IMG/VR virus record: IMGVR_UViG_3300043775_003319
Span: 1 to 59,030 of that record
DNA length: 59,030 nt
Source: a virus
Taxonomy: Duplodnaviria; Caudoviricetes
Direction: 5' to 3' (one strand)
Part shown: positions 1 to 7,554 of the stretch, in pieces
How positions within the stretch are numbered: the stretch's first letter is position 1
How the letters are laid out: each line of letters begins with the position of its first letter
Position numbers and translations under genes: made by a program
Notes under the pieces: generated by a model
The model's input: only the letters and a program-made list of their open reading frames with translations
The model's database searches: none
What the model was told of the DNA's origin: nothing

Positions 1-48
1 ATAAATGATTTGTCGCACATTGCAGGCAGCGACTCCCTCCTGATTATT

Positions 49-79
49 GTGGGTGGTGGAAGGTAGCATAACCAGTCAC
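49..79. repeat. Intergenic hairpin, copy 1 of 3 (loop core GAAGGTAGC)
   Basis: gtgggtggt-ggaaggtagcata-accagtcac is an imperfect inverted repeat; its loop is shared with the copies at 756 and 1118. Confidence 0.55.
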
Positions 80-81
80 GT

Positions 82-699
82 TTATCGTGACCAGTTATGT
101 AATCCACCAGCAAGACATTTAAAGTCTTGTCTGCTAATGATCTTGATTGGTTTACTACCATCGACAGACCATCGTTTGCAGGTGATTGTGATTGTATAAT
201 AATCACAGCTTACAACTTCATAAATACCCTGGCGAGATTTGATATGAATTTTATCACCAGGTTTTAAGTCATAAGATGTGTTATATTCACACTTATCACA
301 ATTATTTTTAGCAAGATGAGCTTGATATGCTTGTTCAACAAGCTTTTGTTCAATTCTTGCTTTGGCAATGCGCTTACTATAACTAGAAGCTGAGCCAATT
401 CTATAAGTAGTATACTGAACAATTTTGTCAGAACCTGTACATTGACGTACATGTCTACCGACATTATTATCCCATACTAACTCGTATCTATGATTACCAT
501 AAGTATAGAAATCAGCTCTACACAGATCATAATCAGTAGGATCGAAACCATCATTGATGATACAATCATCAAATAGTTTATACATCGTGTAGCTTTTATC
601 ATTATTGATAACTACTACTTTACCATTTACCAATGTAGGTAATACGTGTAACTCGCTTAAGTTTACGCGAGATACATCTTTGAACATATGATTTTCCAT
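82..699 (-). CDS. Hypothetical protein (205 aa), leftward gene block
   Basis: Long ATG-started ORF in an AT-rich genome, tiled with neighbouring leftward ORFs; no recognisable motif. Confidence 0.75.
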   Translation of the reverse strand: MENHMFKDVSRVNLSELHVLPTLVNGKVVVINNDKSYTMYKLFDDCIINDGFDPTDYDLCRADFYTYGNHRYELVWDNNVGRHVRQCTGSDKIVQYTTYRIGSASSYSKRIAKARIEQKLVEQAYQAHLAKNNCDKCEYNTSYDLKPGDKIHIKSRQGIYEVVSCDYYTITITCKRWSVDGSKPIKIISRQDFKCLAGGLHNWSR

Positions 700-755
700 A
701 ATGTTAGGCAGTTATACTCATGCAAGAGTTTTTTAAAGATTAATTATTGATTATT

Positions 756-786
756 AAGGGTGGTAGAAGGTAGCTCTATCACCCTT
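756..786. repeat. Intergenic hairpin, copy 2 of 3
   Basis: aagggtggtaga-aggtagc-tctatcaccctt forms a 12-bp stem with one G.T pair. Confidence 0.75.
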
Positions 787-791
787 GTTAT

Positions 792-1082
792 TTATAAAGA
801 TGAGGAGAACTTTGTTCTATCATCTATTTCTTTCATCAACATTCTAAATTTCCATGTGATTTCTATTTCTGTACGCCATGGAGATTCCACAGGAAATACG
901 TCAGTAAACATTGATGTATCTTCACGTAGGAAATTGACAAATCCTGTAGTCAAGCATTTTACGTTAACATTTCCTGGTTTTTCTTTTTTGAGAACTTCCA
1001 GTTGATATTGCAGTACTTCATTTTTGTTTAGAACGTGTCTGCCTATTCTAAATTTTCCTTGAGGAATTCTTGTAATTTTCAT
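792..1082 (-). CDS. Hypothetical protein (~96 aa)
   Basis: ORF track 792..1091; the ATG at 1082 (MKITRIPQ) is the more likely start. Confidence 0.7.
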   Translation of the reverse strand: MKITRIPQGKFRIGRHVLNKNEVLQYQLEVLKKEKPGNVNVKCLTTGFVNFLREDTSMFTDVFPVESPWRTEIEITWKFRMLMKEIDDRTKFSSSL

Positions 1083-1117
1083 AATTATCAAGTATTAAAG
1101 ATTATTAATTGAGTTTT

Positions 1118-1148
1118 AAGGGTGATGGAATGTAGCATCATCACCCTT
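1118..1148. repeat. Intergenic hairpin, copy 3 of 3
   Basis: aagggtgatgg-aatgtagca-tcatcaccctt forms an 11-bp stem with one G.T pair. Confidence 0.75.
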
Positions 1149-1154
1149 GATTAG

Positions 1155-1361
1155 TTATCGTGATTTACGATTTTTATAGATTAATAATATAACAGATGCA
1201 TAAGTCATTATGTTAGTAATGAGGAATGCATTCTTATAATCCATGTGATGTGGATTAGATTCACACCAGCCGCCAACTGGTGTAATCATCATTACAATAA
1301 GCAATGATACAATAGATGTAGTGAACATCATGATCGCGAAGTTTTCTCTGAAGTTTTTCAT
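1155..1361 (-). CDS. Small membrane protein with two hydrophobic segments
   Basis: 68 aa with FAIMMFTTSIVSLLIVMMI and AFLITNIMTYASVILLIY, followed by a basic C-terminus. Confidence 0.65.
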   Translation of the reverse strand: MKNFRENFAIMMFTTSIVSLLIVMMITPVGGWCESNPHHMDYKNAFLITNIMTYASVILLIYKNRKSR

Positions 1362-1605
1362 AAGATATTTATATAAAGATTAATAATTACAATTTAATGT
1401 GTGCCTAATAGTTAGAAATCATGGTCCCTCGTTCAAGAGACCATGAGTTTTTGGCTGTCAGGTGTTCAACGTAGTTGAACTCTACTCTTCCTTGCAGTAC
1501 GCTCTGAAGTAAGCAAACGCTTCTCTCCAAGACATAGCAACAATAGAGTATCCCTGAATGAAATAGATAGTTTTCATATAAGACACAATTTATCCTGAAT
1601 TCAAA

Positions 1606-1655
1606 GGGGGGTAGAGGGTAGTTGGCGGTTCGCTGGGGGTGGTTTTGGTAGGGGG
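1606..1655 (+). other. G-tract cluster in a non-coding region (G-quadruplex-capable)
   Basis: G6 (1606-1611), G3 (1616-1618), G5 (1635-1639) and G5 (1651-1655) in an otherwise AT-rich genome. Confidence 0.5.
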
Positions 1656-1757
1656 TATCACCTTTCTCACACACAATATTTTTCCAGTTCCAGTTTACCA
1701 AATTTTTTTATACCGGTGATCATCACCGTCAACTGCAACTACTGACAAACGCGCAAC

Positions 1758-1785
1758 AAAAAACCCCAGCAGTTACGCCAGGGTT
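1758..1785 (-). terminator. Intrinsic terminator for the leftward thioredoxin operon
   Basis: Minus strand reads accctggc-gtaact-gctggggt followed by a T-run, about 30 nt after the stop at 1815. Confidence 0.75.
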
Positions 1786-1814
1786 GCATTGCACATTGCG
1801 ATACGCAATATTAT

Positions 1815-2024
1815 TTAATTACTAGTTGCCATTAGTATGTCTTTTTCTTCGCTTATTTCACATTCATAGTGCCAGCTTATTTCGCCATCAGTACTTAGTT
1901 TTATAAGTTTTCCTCCATCAGCGGTTGCTTGCACGCCTATTACTTGTCTTGGATCCTGTGAGATATCTGTTTTCACATATACAATTTGACCAAAATCTAA
2001 ATTACACTTTACAATTATTGCCAT
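1815..2024 (-). CDS. Hypothetical protein, small beta (SH3/KOW-like) fold possible
   Basis: 69 aa with an FGQIVYVKTD pattern; overlaps the upstream gene as in an operon. Confidence 0.7.
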   Translation of the reverse strand: MAIIVKCNLDFGQIVYVKTDISQDPRQVIGVQATADGGKLIKLSTDGEISWHYECEISEEKDILMATSN

Positions 2025-2284
2025 AGTTTTTGAATTATGTTTATTAAAAAATCACTTAATAATAGTCCTAATAGACTACCGATCATTGCACCAAAAGAAT
2101 AGCATATTCTATCTTTCATTGTACCAAACACTACTTTTTTTACATTGTACGACCAAATCATACTGATTGTAAATGCTGCAAATGCTACACCAATATAAAT
2201 AGACTTGCTTAAAAATACAGTATTAACAGCTACAAAAAATACTTGTAACATGCCTGTGCTAAATAGTTGTAACTTGTTATTCAT
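2015..2284 (-). CDS. Small integral membrane protein (about 3 TM segments)
   Basis: 89 aa, mostly hydrophobic; overlaps both neighbours. Confidence 0.75.
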   Translation of the reverse strand: MNNKLQLFSTGMLQVFFVAVNTVFLSKSIYIGVAFAAFTISMIWSYNVKKVVFGTMKDRICYSFGAMIGSLLGLLLSDFLINIIQKLWQ

Positions 2285-2591
2285 TTTTTTCTATTATTTC
2301 ATCAACAACTTCGATTGCCAATATGTTTTTAACATTATGTTCTTTAGAATCGTTTATTTCTGTTACTATATCGTCATACGTTTTAGAATTTATTAAACCT
2401 GTAGTTCTATGTATTTCAATACCGTTTTGTAAAAAAACAAGAGTTGGGACATTTCGAATTTTATATTGCTGAGTAATTTCTGGGTTTTTTTCAATATCTA
2501 TTTCTTTAAGATTTTCTTTTTCACCCAATGTTTGCGACAACGCTTTACATGGACCACACCATGACGCGCTAAATTTAAGTACTGTTACCAT
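2277..2591 (-). CDS. trxA: Thioredoxin
   Basis: KFSASWCGPCK active site and the cis-Pro motif IRNVPTLVF. Confidence 0.92.
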   Translation of the reverse strand: MVTVLKFSASWCGPCKALSQTLGEKENLKEIDIEKNPEITQQYKIRNVPTLVFLQNGIEIHRTTGLINSKTYDDIVTEINDSKEHNVKNILAIEVVDEIIEKNE

Positions 2592-2609
2592 ATTGTTTTT
2601 TGTTTAATA

Positions 2610-2662
2610 TTTTACAAATATAAAATAAATTTGTAAAAGTTAAACTTTTCTTTATATATTTG
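2610..2662. promoter_or_regulatory. Back-to-back Bacteroidota-type sigma70 promoters
   Basis: The -7 element TAnnTTTG occurs as TATATTTG on the minus strand (2615-2622) and plus strand (2655-2662), with TTTG near 2630, at the strand switch. Confidence 0.7.
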
Positions 2663-2687
2663 TCATGTAATTAATAACTTAACAAAT

Positions 2688-3044
2688 ATGAAAACAGAAA
2701 CAAAAGCGCCAGAACAACCTACAAAGGAACAAATTATTGCTTGGTACACAGAACAAATTGAAATTGCATCATTAAGACGTGACTTAACAGCTCTTCAAGC
2801 AGAAATTGCAAAAAATGAAGCACAACGCATGCAGGCAACTGTGTTACTTGCACAAATGCAAAACCCAGTTTCTCAAAACGAAGTTGAACATATTGTGACA
2901 CAAAACGATTTAGATGCTAATCCAGAGTTAGTAGAAAATGGAGTTAAGGTTGGTGACAAAATTTTGGTAAGTAATCCGGAACCACAGGTTACTCATGAAA
3001 AACCAGAAGAAGACGAAAAAGTTAGAAAATTAAAAACAGAATAA
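2688..3044 (+). CDS. Hypothetical protein, N-terminal coiled coil plus small C-terminal domain
   Basis: 118-aa ORF, first gene after the plus-strand promoter; contains HIVTQNDLDANPELVENGVKVGDKI. Confidence 0.8.
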   Translation: MKTETKAPEQPTKEQIIAWYTEQIEIASLRRDLTALQAEIAKNEAQRMQATVLLAQMQNPVSQNEVEHIVTQNDLDANPELVENGVKVGDKILVSNPEPQVTHEKPEEDEKVRKLKTE

Positions 3045-3045
3045 T

Positions 3046-3279
3046 ATGTTTGCTAAAAAACCAATTACAAGCAATACTCTTCTTGCAAAAAAAACCAGAA
3101 TCTTAAATGTATTCACTGTAATGCAGGATGAGTTAAAACAATTGCATGATGAGCAAAAAGAATATGCTAATAATATTCAAGCAAAACTAAAAGAGTTGTC
3201 TGAGGAACTTACAGCTGTTGAAAGCAGTCGAGCAGAAACAACAAAAACAATTAATAACATAGACAAAATTTTGAAGTAA
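3046..3279 (+). CDS. Coiled-coil hypothetical protein
   Basis: 77 aa with a heptad pattern; TAATG coupling to the next gene. Confidence 0.75.
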   Translation: MFAKKPITSNTLLAKKTRILNVFTVMQDELKQLHDEQKEYANNIQAKLKELSEELTAVESSRAETTKTINNIDKILK

Positions 3280-3497
3280 TGGAGAATTCATTTTACGACA
3301 GACTTTTAACAGAAGCACAGGAGCTGGCAACTAAAACAAATGCCTTGAACGATTTTATGCGTACACAAGCATTTGTTGATTTAGATCGCCAAAACAAAGA
3401 TTTGCTTTACAAACAATCAAGATTGATGAATGAGTATTTGCAAGTCTTGGGTCAAAGATTAGAAATTTTAGGAGAAAAATTTTCTTTTAAAAAGTAA
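3279..3497 (+). CDS. crAss001_48-related helical hairpin protein
   Basis: Recalled family pattern R-L-x-x-E-x-x-E-L...L-x-x-F...L-L-x-x-Q...M-x-x-Y-L-x-x-L-x-x-R. Confidence 0.6.
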   Translation: MENSFYDRLLTEAQELATKTNALNDFMRTQAFVDLDRQNKDLLYKQSRLMNEYLQVLGQRLEILGEKFSFKK

Positions 3498-3520
3498 TTA
3501 TAAAATAATAAATATAACAT

Positions 3521-3760
3521 ATGGAAGCAAGAGAATTAACATTTGGAGAAAAGTTAGTAGGGTTAACATTTAACCCATCAGGAGATAAGAAAGTTCAAAG
3601 AGCAAAAGAACTTTGTGCTGAATTAGCAGATTTAATCTACGAGGATTATGAAAATAAAGAAGAAGTAACAGATTTCTATGATTATCTTTATGAGCATACT
3701 GTAGGAGAAGTTCTTAATGCTCAAATGAATGTTGTTAAATTGTTAACCTTTAAATATTAA
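3521..3760 (+). CDS. Putative Acb2/Tad1-like helical hairpin protein (anti-defence nucleotide sponge candidate)
   Basis: TFGEKLVGLTFNPSGD...AELADLI...AQMNVVK resembles recalled members of this family. Confidence 0.5.
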   Translation: MEARELTFGEKLVGLTFNPSGDKKVQRAKELCAELADLIYEDYENKEEVTDFYDYLYEHTVGEVLNAQMNVVKLLTFKY

Positions 3761-3762
3761 TC

Positions 3763-4050
3763 ATGGCAAAATTTAAAAAATTACGCGGTAGAAGAATTTT
3801 ACTTATTAAACCGGTAAAGAAAGAAAGTTCAATCCAACTTGATGCTGCAACTGACGCTGCATTAGATGCATCAGCAATGAAACAATGGACAGCACTTGAA
3901 GTATTTGCAATTGGGGAAGATGTGGAAGAAGTTGCTGTAGGTGACAAAGTATATGTACCAACCTATGGATTACAACAGGCAGAAATAATTGACATTGATA
4001 AAACCCTTTACATGATGATTAGTGAGGGTGATATTGCAATCATTTGGTAA
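3763..4050 (+). CDS. groES: GroES/Cpn10-like co-chaperonin
   Basis: 95 aa with LRGRRILL, EVFAIGEDVEEVAVGDKV and the C-terminal YMMISEGDIAII. Confidence 0.8.
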   Translation: MAKFKKLRGRRILLIKPVKKESSIQLDAATDAALDASAMKQWTALEVFAIGEDVEEVAVGDKVYVPTYGLQQAEIIDIDKTLYMMISEGDIAIIW

Positions 4051-4173
4051 TAATCCGACTGCATAATACAAGTGAAATCCTATCGCTGTTGGGCATTTCC
4101 CGGTAGTTCTGAATCCAGCCATGAGGCGTAGGTGGTGTTTAGGTATAGGTGTTTACAGTCAAAAACAACAAAA

Positions 4174-4824
4174 ATGAAAGAACCAAACAGAGCAAGAAAG
4201 AATGAGATTAAATATAATGTCACTCTTAATGAAGAACAAAAACAAGCTAAACAGTTAATTATTGATAATCAGATTGTTATAGTTACTGGTAGAGCTGGTT
4301 CTGGAAAGTCATTGGTAGGTGCACAAACTGCTATTGATTTTTTGAATAAAAAACAATGTGAAAAGATTTTAGTAACACGTTCTGCAATCGAAGTAGGAAG
4401 ATCGTTGGGATTTTTACCAGGGAGTTTAGAAGATAAGTTTAATCCGTATATGGAAGCACTTATTGAGAATCTTTACAAATGCATGGATCCAATAAAGATT
4501 GATGACTTTGTCAAGCAAGGTAAAATAGATGCTCTTCCTGTACAGTTTATTAGAGGTAAAACTATCGATGATATTTTAATTGTTGAGGAAGCACAGAATC
4601 TTACTAAAGCAGAAATGCTTGCCATTCTCACAAGACTTGGTAAAACAGGTAAAATTGTAATTAATGGTGACAACGAACAACAAGACACAAGAGAATCGAT
4701 TACTGGATTGTCTTATGCTATTGAGTTATCAAAGAAGATTAGTGGTATTAAGTGGATCAAACTAAAAGAAAATCACAGATCTGATTTAGTAGGTCAAATA
4801 CTTGATTATGAGTATTCAAAGTAA
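4174..4824 (+). CDS. phoH: PhoH-like ATPase
   Basis: Walker A GRAGSGKS, LGFLPG, FIRGKT, EEAQN, RLGK, GDNEQQD and NHRS motifs; ATG at 4174 preferred over GTG at 4132. Confidence 0.92.
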   Translation: MKEPNRARKNEIKYNVTLNEEQKQAKQLIIDNQIVIVTGRAGSGKSLVGAQTAIDFLNKKQCEKILVTRSAIEVGRSLGFLPGSLEDKFNPYMEALIENLYKCMDPIKIDDFVKQGKIDALPVQFIRGKTIDDILIVEEAQNLTKAEMLAILTRLGKTGKIVINGDNEQQDTRESITGLSYAIELSKKISGIKWIKLKENHRSDLVGQILDYEYSK

Positions 4825-4971
4825 TAAGACCTCTGCCAGTGCACTGGTAAGTATCGAAGACAGGAATTACAGATCACTTTCCTGACATCAGGAAAATGGT
4901 AGGCGTGGAGGTCCTCTAAATCGTAGGTTAGCACAGTTAGTAGTTCTGGGGGTATTCAAAAACTACAACAG

Positions 4972-5046
4972 CGCGTGGTAGACTGGAGGTGGTTCCAGCT
5001 CAGGCTCATATCCTGAACTACGTGGGTTCGAGTCCCACCCACGCTA
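4972..5046 (+). tRNA. tRNA-Met (CAT), initiator-like, CCA not encoded
   Basis: Acceptor CGCGTGG/CCACGCT with a C1:U72 mismatch; anticodon arm TCAGG-CTCATAT-CCTGA; T arm GTGGG-TTCGAGT-CCCAC. Confidence 0.88.
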
Positions 5047-5060
5047 CTAAATTTAATGAC

Positions 5061-5252
5061 ATGTTACAATTAAATCCTATGATACCAATTAAAAGAGTGT
5101 CTGACAACATGGAAGGATATGCTTTTTTGGTTATTGATTACTCACAAGAGCATGATTTGTTATTTACATGTGCTATGGATAATGGTGAAATATGGACACT
5201 GAATAATAAAGAAATAAGATTTTGTAAAAACATATCGTTAGATAGAAAATAA
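5061..5252 (+). CDS. Hypothetical protein (63 aa) between the tRNA and tmRNA
   Basis: ATG at 5061 gives MLQLNPMIP...IDYSQEHDLLF...GEIW; the longer ORF call overlaps the tRNA. Confidence 0.75.
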   Translation: MLQLNPMIPIKRVSDNMEGYAFLVIDYSQEHDLLFTCAMDNGEIWTLNNKEIRFCKNISLDRK

Positions 5253-5255
5253 AAA

Positions 5256-5574
5256 GGGGGTGACAGGTTTTGACAGGTTACTAGTAAATAATGCAATCAG
5301 CCAGAGAGATAACTGTAAACTAAGATGAATATAATTAAATGGCAAAAACAATTCTCGTGTAGTGGCTCTAGGAGCAAACGCACAAATCGAAGCTAACATG
5401 AACAAAGTATTCTCTTTATTAGGAGAAGAAGTTGCTGTAGCAGCCTAAATTAAAGATTTCTCTGTTAGATTAAACAGAGTGGTGGAGTCGTCAACTGAGT
5501 TGATTACCTAAAAGCTGTATAAATTGTATTGTTGAACATGATTTTGGACAGGAGTTCGATTCTCCTCACCTCCA
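5256..5574 (+). ncRNA. ssrA: tmRNA
   Basis: 5' GGGGGTGACAGGTTTTGAC; acceptor GGGGGTG/CACCTCC with G3.U70 and discriminator A; T arm AGGAG-TTCGATT-CTCCT; tag frame 5341-5448 ends AVAA-stop. Confidence 0.92.
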
Positions 5575-5640
5575 CAAAATGTACAGTATTCTGTACAAAA
5601 TCGCACAATTTGTGTAAAATAACAAACAAGAGAAGAAGAA

Positions 5641-6036
5641 ATGGAAGTAAAAAAAGTAACTAAAAAACTAAGGGTATCTACTCCTGATGTAATAAAATAT
5701 CAGTTAATCACAGAAATTATGCTTTTTAAAAAAGAGCATCTTATTCCATCTGACTTAGATATACTTATATTACTGGTCATGTGGGGACCGATGGAACTTG
5801 TAGGATTTTGCATGAATGCTGCAAAACAATTGTATCCTGAAACAGCACCTGAAGATTTATCAGTTCGTTCGCAAAATGTGCGTAATAGAATTGTAAAATT
5901 AGAAAAAAGAAATATTGTTGTTAAATCTAAATCAGGTAGAAAAGTTATAAACTTAAATCCTGATATTAACATACAATCAAAAGGTAATATATTATTAGAC
6001 TATAACTATTTAGCAATTGAATCCAATAAAGCGTAA
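5641..6036 (+). CDS. Hypothetical protein, possible winged-helix DNA-binding protein
   Basis: SQNVRNRIVKLEKRNIVVK followed by a beta wing and INLNP. Confidence 0.65.
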   Translation: MEVKKVTKKLRVSTPDVIKYQLITEIMLFKKEHLIPSDLDILILLVMWGPMELVGFCMNAAKQLYPETAPEDLSVRSQNVRNRIVKLEKRNIVVKSKSGRKVINLNPDINIQSKGNILLDYNYLAIESNKA

Positions 6037-6409
6037 AACAATAGTAGAAAAAACAGCGAATGATTTAGGTCTTCCTGTTCAAATCGTTGATGAAATAATA
6101 TCGTTTTATTACAAAACGGTTCAAAAAAAACTGTCTAATGCTAAACATCATTCTATTGCGGTTCCTAATCTGGGAACATTTGTAATAAAAAGAAAATCAT
6201 TAGAAGAAAAAATAAAAAAAAATATAGCGTTTGTACAAAAAATTGAAACAGACGTTGATATTTCAGTACAGACATATGAGTTGATCATTCAAAAACGAAA
6301 GGACATTGCAGGTTATGTGGAATTACTAGAGTTAATGAAATCAGAACAAGAACGAAAACAAGACGTTAAACTTAAAAAACAAGAATTTAAAAATGGCAAA
6401 TCCAATTAG
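6017..6409 (+). CDS. HU/IHF-like DNA-binding protein
   Basis: IVEKTANDLGLP...VDEII...IAVPNLGTFVIK matches the HU helix plus GxF strand pattern. Confidence 0.7.
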   Translation: MNPIKRKTIVEKTANDLGLPVQIVDEIISFYYKTVQKKLSNAKHHSIAVPNLGTFVIKRKSLEEKIKKNIAFVQKIETDVDISVQTYELIIQKRKDIAGYVELLELMKSEQERKQDVKLKKQEFKNGKSN

Positions 6410-6701
6410 AATATGGAAAAACCGTGGTCTTATTATGGAAGGTATTAAAAATAATATGTTCAAGACTGCGCACGTTGAAAATATTGCATTTTTTAGAAAT
6501 GAAATATGTAAAAGTTGTGAATTTTTAGATACAAAAGGTAATGCATGCGCTGTACCAGGCACACAACCTTGTTGTTCGGAATGTGGATGCTCATTAGGAT
6601 TTAAAACAAGATCTCTTGCATCTGAATGTCCTAAAGGATTTTGGAAAGCAGAACTTACAGAAGCAGAAGAACAAGAACTTTTAAAACAAATAAATAAATA
6701 A
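6393..6701 (+). CDS. Cys-rich, probably zinc-binding protein
   Basis: RNEICKSC...CCSECGC...KTR...CPKGFW. Confidence 0.75.
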   Translation: MANPIRIWKNRGLIMEGIKNNMFKTAHVENIAFFRNEICKSCEFLDTKGNACAVPGTQPCCSECGCSLGFKTRSLASECPKGFWKAELTEAEEQELLKQINK

Positions 6702-6703
6702 TT

Positions 6704-7549
6704 ATGGCAATAGTATTTGAAGCAGCAACACATTCTTACGTTTCAATAGATCCGCAAGACAATACAAAATGGAAATCAGTAACAACCTTGTTAAGCGGAT
6801 TAAAGCAACCATTTGATTCTGAGGCTATTGCATTAAAATGTTCTAAAAATACACGTAAAGACAACAAGTGGAAAGGGATGACTCCTGAAGAAATTCAAAA
6901 AGCTTGGAAACGTGAATCAGATAGAGCATGTGCACTAGGCAACTGGTATCACGACCAACGTGAACAAGATATTGTAGGTTGTGAGACAATGGTTAGACAC
7001 GATAGCGAACTACCTGTAATTAAACCTTTGTTAGATAATAATGGTAAAAAATTAGCACCATTGCAAAAACTTATTAATGGAATATATCCAGAACACATGG
7101 TGTACTTAAAATCAGCTGGGATATGTGGTCAATCTGATTTAGTAGAAGTAGTAGATAATACTATTCATATAACTGATTATAAGACTAATAAAAAAATTGA
7201 TAAGACCTCTTTTGTAAACTGGGAAGGAATTTCTAAAAAAATGTTAGGTCCTGTTTCACACTTAGATGATTGTAATTTAAACCATTATAACTTACAACTC
7301 AGTATTTATATGTATATTATACTGAAGCATAATCCTAATTTAAAAGCAGGTAAGTTAATTATTCATCATATTACGTTTGAAGAAGAAGAAAAAAAAGATG
7401 AATACGGTTATCCAATTTTAAAAGTATCAGCTGAAGGTGAGCCAATTATTCGCAATATTGAAGTGCATGAACTTCCTTATCTTAAACAAGAGGTGATTGA
7501 TATACTTAACTGGTACAAGGATAATCCAAATGCTATAACTAAAAAATAA
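6704..7549 (+). CDS. PD-(D/E)XK exonuclease (RecB/Cas4-like)
   Basis: SVTTLL, GNWYH, E...GQSDLV...ITDYKT and YNLQLSIY motifs. Confidence 0.85.
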   Translation: MAIVFEAATHSYVSIDPQDNTKWKSVTTLLSGLKQPFDSEAIALKCSKNTRKDNKWKGMTPEEIQKAWKRESDRACALGNWYHDQREQDIVGCETMVRHDSELPVIKPLLDNNGKKLAPLQKLINGIYPEHMVYLKSAGICGQSDLVEVVDNTIHITDYKTNKKIDKTSFVNWEGISKKMLGPVSHLDDCNLNHYNLQLSIYMYIILKHNPNLKAGKLIIHHITFEEEEKKDEYGYPILKVSAEGEPIIRNIEVHELPYLKQEVIDILNWYKDNPNAITKK

Positions 7550-7554
7550 AAAAA

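Noticed and set aside
49-1148. CRISPR array interpretation of the repeated hairpins
   Set aside because: The copies are divergent and separated by whole genes, not by spacers of uniform length; the nuclease at 6704 has no cas neighbours.
1405-1701. 98-aa minus-strand ORF
   Set aside because: Non-ATG start and atypical composition; it crosses the G-tract region and is probably non-coding.
4905-4930. CTCTAAA resembling an amber suppressor anticodon loop
   Set aside because: The flanks do not form an anticodon stem, and no T arm or acceptor stem is present.
4989-5060. N-terminal extension of the ORF ending at 5252
   Set aside because: It overlaps the tRNA-Met; the ATG at 5061 is the plausible start.
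5047-5110. Theta (HDV-like) ribozyme after the tRNA
   Set aside because: The trailer is short and AT-rich and runs straight into a coding sequence, with no nested pseudoknot pairing.
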